This document shows positions 31,201-64,000 of a stretch of DNA of 64,000 bases, in pieces; positions within the stretch are counted from its first letter, which is position 1; each line of letters starts with the position of its first letter. The position numbers and the translations under genes are program-made. Source of the DNA: Tubiluchus corallicola (taxonomy: Eukaryota > Animalia > Priapulida); assembly GCA_030141605.1 (NCBI GenBank), contig JAQGDQ010000099.1:389194-453193 (forward strand). The letters run 5' to 3'. A model generated the notes under the pieces. It was not told the DNA's origin. It did no database searches and was given only the letters and a program-made list of their open reading frames with translations.

Positions 31201-31993
31201 GCACAATAGCTTGGTGGTGCTGTATATATTTTTCTATACAGAATGAAATCAATGAGAACTCAAGCTAGAAAACAATTATGCCTTTACAGTTTTTGCTTAA
31301 ATACTGTTAAAAAACACAGATATAGTAATCAGCAAAAATTTTCACAGCTCACCAATCGGCACTAACTTGATACGATAAAACATTATAGAGTTTACAATTC
31401 TTTTCAGTTGGAATTTCAATAAAATACGACTGATAATCTGGTAAGCTTCGGTTTGGTGACACCCAAGCATAAAAAAAAATCTTCTTCGATTTGGTTGAAT
31501 AAAATGAGCCTTTTGTGCATCCCTACTTGCATGTTGCTTGTGTATAGTGTTGCTTTAGTGTGCAACTATAAAATTTTTCACAGTGTTTGAATCATAATAA
31601 AACTTATGTTTAATAGTCTGTTGTGCAATGATTTTCTTAATTGGCCATTGTAATGTCTGCTCATTTATAGGGTTGATATGCGTAATGCCTAATACATAAA
31701 GGTTATTTCTTTTTGCTGTCTCATGTTATACAGGTCTTGAAATTTGATTTGGGTAGACAGTGGACTATAAGCTAGTATAACATATGAAGGACCAAAACCT
31801 CTATATCTCTGTATGTACTGACACATCTACACTTTGTCGAGAAATGCAGTAATCTATTCACCTTGCACTTCCTTTTTAGTGTACTATCAATTTTGCGCAC
31901 AAATTGATTTTTACGGCAGTAATTTATTTTCATTCTTTCCAGGTAATCCGGGGAAATAGCGTCATACTCCTGGAGGCGTTAGATAGAATTTGA
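28264..31993 (+). CDS. SNRPG: Small nuclear ribonucleoprotein G (SmG), 76 aa. Coding exons: 28264-28295, 29492-29514, 30773-30897, 31943-31993
   Basis: Spliced protein [76 protein letters not shown], with Sm1/Sm2 motifs. Total 231 nt, canonical GT-AG introns. Confidence 0.97.
28508..28955. mobile_element. MITE (Harbinger-like ends) in SNRPG intron 1
   Basis: cagtggcggctcgt ... acgagtcgctactg termini, with subterminal agggggtg at both ends. Confidence 0.65.
29100..29380 (+). mobile_element. Degraded CR1-like LINE 3' fragment
   Basis: [11 protein letters not shown]...GHSDKL...KHFFSRR, then frameshifted [11 protein letters not shown], matching the CR1 ORF2 C-terminus. Confidence 0.7.
30921..31525. 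mobile_element. hAT-type non-autonomous element with 8-bp TSD
   Basis: TSD CTTGCATG at 30913-30920 and 31526-31533. Termini tagagggatcacc ... gtgcatcccta. Confidence 0.8.
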
Positions 31994-34474
31994 CAGGGGC
32001 AGAATTTTACATCATTCATTCCGCATCTTGTTTATTGTATGTAAAAATTAATGATCATTTTAATCCGATATGCTATTTAGATTGTTTTTTACATTCATAG
32101 AAGTTGTAGATACAGTTGCATGTTTTGATTGAATGAGTGTCCACTGTGTATGGGCTACAACGGACTTGTTTGTTAATCTAACGCTGTCTGGAGATTTGAA
32201 TGCCATAATTTTTTAGGTAATATTTAAGTTGATATTAACATGTGTTTTCATTAGTAAAGAAACAATTCTGAGCTTAAATTCTATTACATGGTGAATCTCA
32301 CTCCTGTAATTAAGATGGCCGTTTGTATTTATCTAAACAGTGCTTTAGTTGATCCTACGTGCAAGTTTTATATGTAAATTAATTTCGTGTGAAATTTTGG
32401 GACCGTCACTTTGGCTTGTTTAAATGGTATGACTTTATACTTTGATTTAGCCATTCACAGTGCAATTATTTTAAGGCTTCCTACACAATGCAACAAACAT
32501 TTTTTGTAATATTATGTGAAAATATTGTTCTAGTTGCCCTTAGACGATAAATACATACTTCTGTAAAAATTGTGTATTGTTTAATAAAATTAATAAGTAT
32601 ATGAAATCCTTCTAACTTGAAAAAATGTTTCTTGTGGTACTTCAGTAGAATTTTGCCTTGAGCATAAAACAAAAAAAGAGAAGAACTGTCTCGTAACATT
32701 TTTATTTACAAAACCCAAGCATATACCTGCAAACAACTATATTTATTTACAAAACCAAAAAGTGTATCCTTACAAAACAACCATAAGCATTACATCATCA
32801 AGTAAATATAGTGATAAAAAATCATGATTTATACAACTGTCAACATTTTGCATTTTCTGTATAATAAAACTTAATACGCACTTGCATTTGGCTTGTCCGT
32901 CTAGAATGCGAATTATATATAAATCATAACTACACAACTATTTAATAAAGTAGTGATGTCCATTCTTTTACCTGCTGAAATTGTACAGATTACTCAAGTT
33001 AAATGGGAAACTAGAAAAAATTGATAACCCAAAGGGTTACTACATGTATACATCTAACTGGACGGCTGAAAGGTGTGGAAAAAAATCACTAGTTAGAATA
33101 TGATTACATTATCCTCAACATACTGTTAGACACTAAATTTGATTTTAATTTTATACTTAGTTTTTAGAAAAGGGCGGAAATGGTAGCACAGAGCGTAAGG
33201 GCACTTTCACATGGACGGCAGATTAAACCATCAACAGTGGAAGTTTGCAAAATGCTACAGCAAGATGCACAGGCATACTGTTATCACACCAATACTTATC
33301 AATAATACTTATTAATTAAAATAATTAGTAAACTGATAACATTTGACACACAAAAACCGCATTGTAACAGTACTTGACAGTAATTTTCTAGCAATATAGT
33401 GCTGCACCTTTATGTATAACAATAACAATTACAAGCATGTAGACTATGGTACTGTACAATATGAGAAGCAAACTGACGTAATAAGAGCAAATGGTAACTG
33501 CTTTGAGCAAGTCTACGTGGCATGAGAAAGTTTTAAGTTTCAGTAGTTGGTGGATTACCACTATAACAACGTATATGCATTACATGTAGCTTTTCAAAGA
33601 AAGCCAAGGATACAACAGTAAAAAAATAAATGATCGTGCAAAATCGTGCTTCCTACACCATAATAACAGTTACGTGCTATTTAAAAATAAGCAAATTTTG
33701 TAATGCAGAAGCCATTTTGAACTTTGCTAGATTACAACATAGTGCATATTAATTAAAAAAAAATAAATATGGAATCAATTGCCACAACTGTGCAAATAAC
33801 GTCGTCAAATCAACACTACTGTCTCGCTGAGGTAATGAAAAGAGAGTGTATAACAAGCATTACACAAGGCATTGCAAAAATTAGTTGATTAGTATCACTG
33901 CCCACCTTAGCCAACATTGTGTTAAAAACGAATCTCTTTACATGTTACATCTCTTCACAAGTAACTAACCAAAAATGATAAATGCTACTGACCATGTTTG
34001 GATTATATATGAACATATTTAGTAGGCTTGCCCAGTGATTGTCATTAGTTTTAAATAAAAAAATATGAGAAATCTGCAAAAATTGAGGCCAAAGGGATGA
34101 AGCTAAATAACTGTTCTACAGCTTATTTCTTTATCAAAACTGAGGCAAAAGTACTGTAATGGCAACAAAAATTAGTATTAGTACATTATGCAAATTAGTA
34201 ACAGTGCAATACAAAGGTATTAAGTATTAAAAGTCAATATTAGTCTTAATTGTGTTTCCTTGTGTTTTGTGAGTTGAGATAAAACTTATTGTTAAAAGAC
34301 GTCAACAGTCTTTCGTGATTTATACGAAGAACAAGCAGTGGCTCTGCAAGACAATGGCACAGAATACTACTGAATTCAAAAAGCAAAAAGCTGCCATCCT
34401 GGTAGAATTTTATAATCGAAACAACACGTTTCGCTGCATGAGGCAAGATCTAGTGACATTCTTGACCCTACTTG

Positions 34475-59337
<24,863 letters not shown>

Positions 59338-60091
59338 TTTCACACTCGCTGTAATAAAGCCAAAGCTTTGCAAAACTTTAATGTCACATCCCTAAAAATC
59401 CATTTTTTAAAGGAGGCTTTCATCGATTCAACTGATTTTCTAGCCTGATCTTTTCCAGCTCGTTTACTTTTTGAGTAACTAGTTCACAAGAAGTTTCACT
59501 AACTTTGTAATCTTTGTTGTTGAAATCTTGTGTATATTCGCTACGCCATCTAACGAATAAAATTGCAGATAATTGTTACAAATTTTATCTATGGCTGTGG
59601 CAGTTCATTGTTAATGCAACGTACCAGCCTGCTGCACAAGTAAATTTGACTATGCTGACAACCATTGCTCATGATAACACTGCCAGTACTGCGGTAATCA
59701 CCATAAGAATTATTGTAACATGATATGACATGGTCTTCGCAATGTAACATAATACAACATAGTTGGACATAGGGTACCATAACGTAACACAACGCAAATT
59801 AGTTTCATTAGTTCCTGACTAAATTTTCATTTTTTTATCCATTTTTCTTTTAATCTATGTTTTCCATTATCAGCTATTTCCCATAATTCTCTTACAGCAA
59901 TTAAGTCTTCCAAAAAATGCAGTTTAAAGTACATAGTAGATAGAAAACACTTGTAAATTTTTATAAATATGTAAACAGATGTAAAACTAGGTCTATAATT
60001 TTATATTTTTATTTCCACATAATTAAAGCAGTAGAGAAAAAGGAAACAATTATAATCTTTTTCTTATCATTCACATAATTGATACGCTTAC

Positions 60092-60200
60092 GAATAAATT
60101 TCCCTCAATTGACGTCAAACATATTGGTCTATCGCTCCGCCCCCCGCTGCAACGTAAGCACGCTCAGCAGCATTCGGGACAACAGCTCACGTAGGACAAC
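60092..60200 (-). promoter_or_regulatory. Candidate REEP promoter or non-coding first exon
   Basis: TGACGTCA (60110-60117), CCAAT on the minus strand (60123-60127) and a GC box (from 60137) in a local CpG patch. A gtaagc donor at 60086-60091 could splice to an acceptor at 59550-59552. Confidence 0.45.
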
Positions 60201-61999
60201 AACTGTCTAAGCTAAACTAAACAACATGACAGTCACAACTAATGTCTAATCAGCAAATAAACTGATTGCTCTTTTTTTGCTTAAACACAAATTTGTAGAG
60301 CAGCAATTATTTCAACACGAAATTAACACTTCAAGTAGCCAAAAAATGACTTTTCAAATTAAACAGAAAATAGAGACGAAGTTTCAAAGCACTACAAAAT
60401 ACAGAGACATATGTACATAATAAAGAAACTAAGCCAGTTAGCCTTGCTTAACAATGAATGAGCAACAAAAATATTAAGTCTCTCTTGCCTTTAAACATAC
60501 GAACTTGCAAAGCTTTTGTCTAACTTGCAAAGCCATGAACTAAACTAAACTGCACATTTTCTTGATTGCAAAATGGTTTAATCAGCAACTCATAGATGTA
60601 AGCGTTGTGCATTTCTTCTTATAAACGAAACTAGACTATATATTTCCATGAATTCACTTGCAATTTCAATTGACAATAATAAAATCTAGAACAAGGCCAA
60701 TATTTCTCCCGCTAACTAATGAAAAGTTGAGCATTTTTCATAACAGTGTTACACGGAGCTGTACCTAAATGTCCCGAACGTACCTGCTGCAGGGGTGTGT
60801 AAAATAACTTGCACGCTGATTGGGCAGTCAACGAAAATTATTTACATTATGTTAGATGTCAATTATTTATATCATGAGACAAATACACAATACAACCATT
60901 TATTATCAGAGAATAGCAGCATTAAAATGAGGTATAGGTCGCACGCTACAACATTAACCTAAATTCACAAATTATTTAAGCTTTCTAAGAACAGCTGCAA
61001 TTCAAAAATATACAGATTTATTGAGGATTTACAACCCATACAACTACAATTACAAATACAAGTTACAAACATTACATAAACTATGAAATACATTATAATG
61101 AAGAAAAAACTACACAGACACAACCCCCCACATGGGGTATAATCGGCAACCCAATACACAATAAAACACATTAATAGTGATTAATAGTAATTATTGTCAT
61201 TATTATTACCAAAAATGGTAGGGTAAAATGTGTGACACAACAATACAGGAGACATTTCATGTAAATGGTATTTATAGTTTGTTTATCAAATCAAACATGC
61301 TAAATTGAAGCTAAGATTTATCAATACTAATGACACACAATAAGAGAGTATTCATGTAAAACTTGTATGAAAATATGATCAGTAAAAAGTCACTTATGAT
61401 AATAAACAGAAACGTAATTTTATTTCAATCACCAGCTTCTTTGGTTTACGATTATTTAAGCAAATTTGTCCAACAATTGTTTTCAAAGCATTTTGACAAA
61501 CTCATAACAGTTATTTACAATAAGATGGTGTTTTAGCATTATATAAAGCTCTTGAACCGTTAAAAAACTTTGAGAGGGCCAGCTATTGACGTATATAGAC
61601 ACACAGAATGCAAAAGGTGTGTTGTGGGCAGCAGCAGCAATAGGAAGCTCTTTTTAAGAAAAATTCAAAATTCGAAAAAGTATACTTATACCAAAATTGT
61701 TGTATTTTATTAATGACAGTGATTTTAACATAAGTCCTGCATATAGCATATTAAGATTGCAATATGGTTGCACTTTGTACTTTAATCACAATGTAAAACG
61801 TATTGTTAAAAATCGTTTTATGACCTTGTAAGGAACTACTAAATGTAACATATTAATCCTTTTATAATATTTCTAACTCTTACCTTTGTGTACATATACT
61901 TGTCTACTAGCATCACTGTATATATTACAATGATGCTACAATGTCAGATGTTACAATGAGTAACATCATCGATTTTAGATGCGAATAAAATACATACTG

Positions 62000-62000
<1 letters not shown>

Positions 62001-62087
<87 letters not shown>

Positions 62088-62090
62088 TAA
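62001..62090. repeat. (TAA)n microsatellite
   Basis: Seen directly. Confidence 0.97.
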
Positions 62091-62715
62091 CAGGGGTGCT
62101 TGGAGACAACAAGTGTGACATGCCGTTTTGTACGACCTAGCAGCAGCAACGACGTATTATAGTTAAGACTGAGATAAAAAGAAAATTTTTTCGTCTTACA
62201 AATATGTACCGAACTACTTGTAACACCAAAGTGTAAAAAATTTCCTGCTCAAGTATAGCAGTCAGTGTTTGCTGAATGCTTTGTTCAATCAGCTTGCTAA
62301 AATGTAGTGTACATCACAGTGCATTTATGTTCGTAAGGTCCATTTATTGCCTTGAGCCATCTATAGTCCAAAATTTGAATATTAGTACAGGCTCAACTTC
62401 TATCAAAGTTCCCCCCACACTACAACATTATTGTAAACAGTACCACACGAATCGTGCTGTCAGTTTCACGTCACCTTTCAGCAACAATCACTACTTGGAT
62501 AACACTCATCCGTTGCAGTTGCTTCGCCATCTTCTCATTTAACAAACACACCTCGCCTATCTTTAGAAAACTTCTCAAACAGCCTTCAACGCCTTGCAAA
62601 GTACCCATAAAGACAGATTCAATATTAGTCAGTGTTTCACTATTAATTTGTGAATCACTATCATATGCTTCCACACCACCTGTGCAGTCTAAGGGGTCCT
62701 GTTTCTACTACTATT

Positions 62716-63038
62716 TCAACTTGGCTTCACTTCTGCATTATCGATACTTCCCTCTGTAGTAACATCACTCCTGTCTGGACTCAGTAACAATGATGTGCTA
62801 AGACCTTGTCTCACGGCAGATGCCATGGCAGCCGTTCTAGCCTCGTCCCAAACGTAACGCTTTGGTGCTTCCGCCAACGATTTTCCCTTCGGAGATGTAC
62901 TTTTTCTTTCCCATGCTCGTCTATATGTGCCTTTACGAGAAGACTTTGAGGTGCTATCCTTCTTGGTTGGAGAAATCGCATCCTTTCCATACCTTTTCAC
63001 GATCACTTTACGTTGGTGCTTCAACTGTGGGAACAAAT
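62716..63038 (-). CDS. Probable terminal coding exon of an unidentified gene whose upstream exons lie beyond the window
   Basis: Strong acceptor (ttttttcatttttcttttatag) followed by 106 open codons, LFPQLKHQRKVIVKRYGKDAISP...AEVKPS*. GC is elevated relative to the flanks. No recognisable domain. Confidence 0.6.
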
Positions 63039-64000
63039 CTATAAAAGAAAAATGAAAAAATTTTCTTGCAAATTTTCAGTATAATTTAGAATAATGTAAT
63101 ACTTACACAAACGCAAGTTATGTAAGATGTTTAGGTTTACGCCATAACAAATCCTCGCTTAATGACACTAAAGCATTCCAGCAAAATGCAACACTAACTA
63201 AACGTTGCTAAACAAAAGCGTTCCCTCTGTGGAAAGTAATTAGAAATGGTTAAGTTGCATTGTATAAACAAAAATTATTAACACTTAGCTTATATAAATC
63301 AAAATTTTATGAGCTTTATTTTCTACAATTGACCCTAATGAGATTTTGACCTTCTAGGAGCTCAGCTTATTACAAATGCCCAAAGTTGCATTGTATATTG
63401 ATATGTAGTGCAAATGAGAGGTGCGAATACATCAATATAATAAACATTTCATTGTCTGTATAGCATGGAAAAAACAACTGGTAAAGCACTTCTGACTTTT
63501 CATTGCTAGCCTTACTGGTCTATACAATATAAGGCAATCAATCACTGGGTAACATGTATTGCCCAGTACGTTTGATGCATTTAACAAATGTTTGATTTTC
63601 TGCCTAAACTTTCTACATTATTATCTCCGGAGGTGATTTATACTCATATCCTCCTAGTGCCATCTATGGAGACTTTTTGTCAATTTTTCATTGCATTTGT
63701 ACCAAAGAAAATCTGAAGTCGTCTCTGCTGATGGCTACTATGCACTATAATTTCCTATCGACTTGTTTTGTTTCAAGAAGTGTAGAGTTATTCAAGAACA
63801 AAAAATGTTCATTAATTTCCAATGATATGATTATCATAATGGACTTTAAATTAAAAGCCTGCTGCAACAATTCACGTCAGGCTTATATAATTAATAAGTT
63901 ATGAAACTAGACCATTGTTGCACATATCATTTTAGCAATACACTGCAAAGAAATTTTGCAGAACTGTTGCTTGATGCTGCCCGACATACTTATAATACAA

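Noticed and set aside
61925-62149. Poly-Tyr ORF
   Set aside because: Translation of (TAA)n.

Overview
AT-rich, intron-rich animal (invertebrate-like) genomic DNA. Exons were assembled by hand from GT-AG boundaries with consistent reading phases. The window holds the 3' part of an Shc adaptor gene (+), complete GOLPH3 (-) head-to-head with complete SNRPG/SmG (+), a complete REEP1-4-type gene (-), and the probable last coding exon of an unidentified gene (-). The ~15 kb REEP intron 1 contains an apparently intact antisense CR1-type LINE (PHD-finger ORF1, APE-RT ORF2). Introns carry many MITEs, SINE-like and LINE remnants, and microsatellites. The most notable unannotated signal is a set of candidate alternative REEP first exons, each encoding a different short hydrophobic N-terminus in frame with exon 2. 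No database searches were run; family assignments come from recognised motifs.
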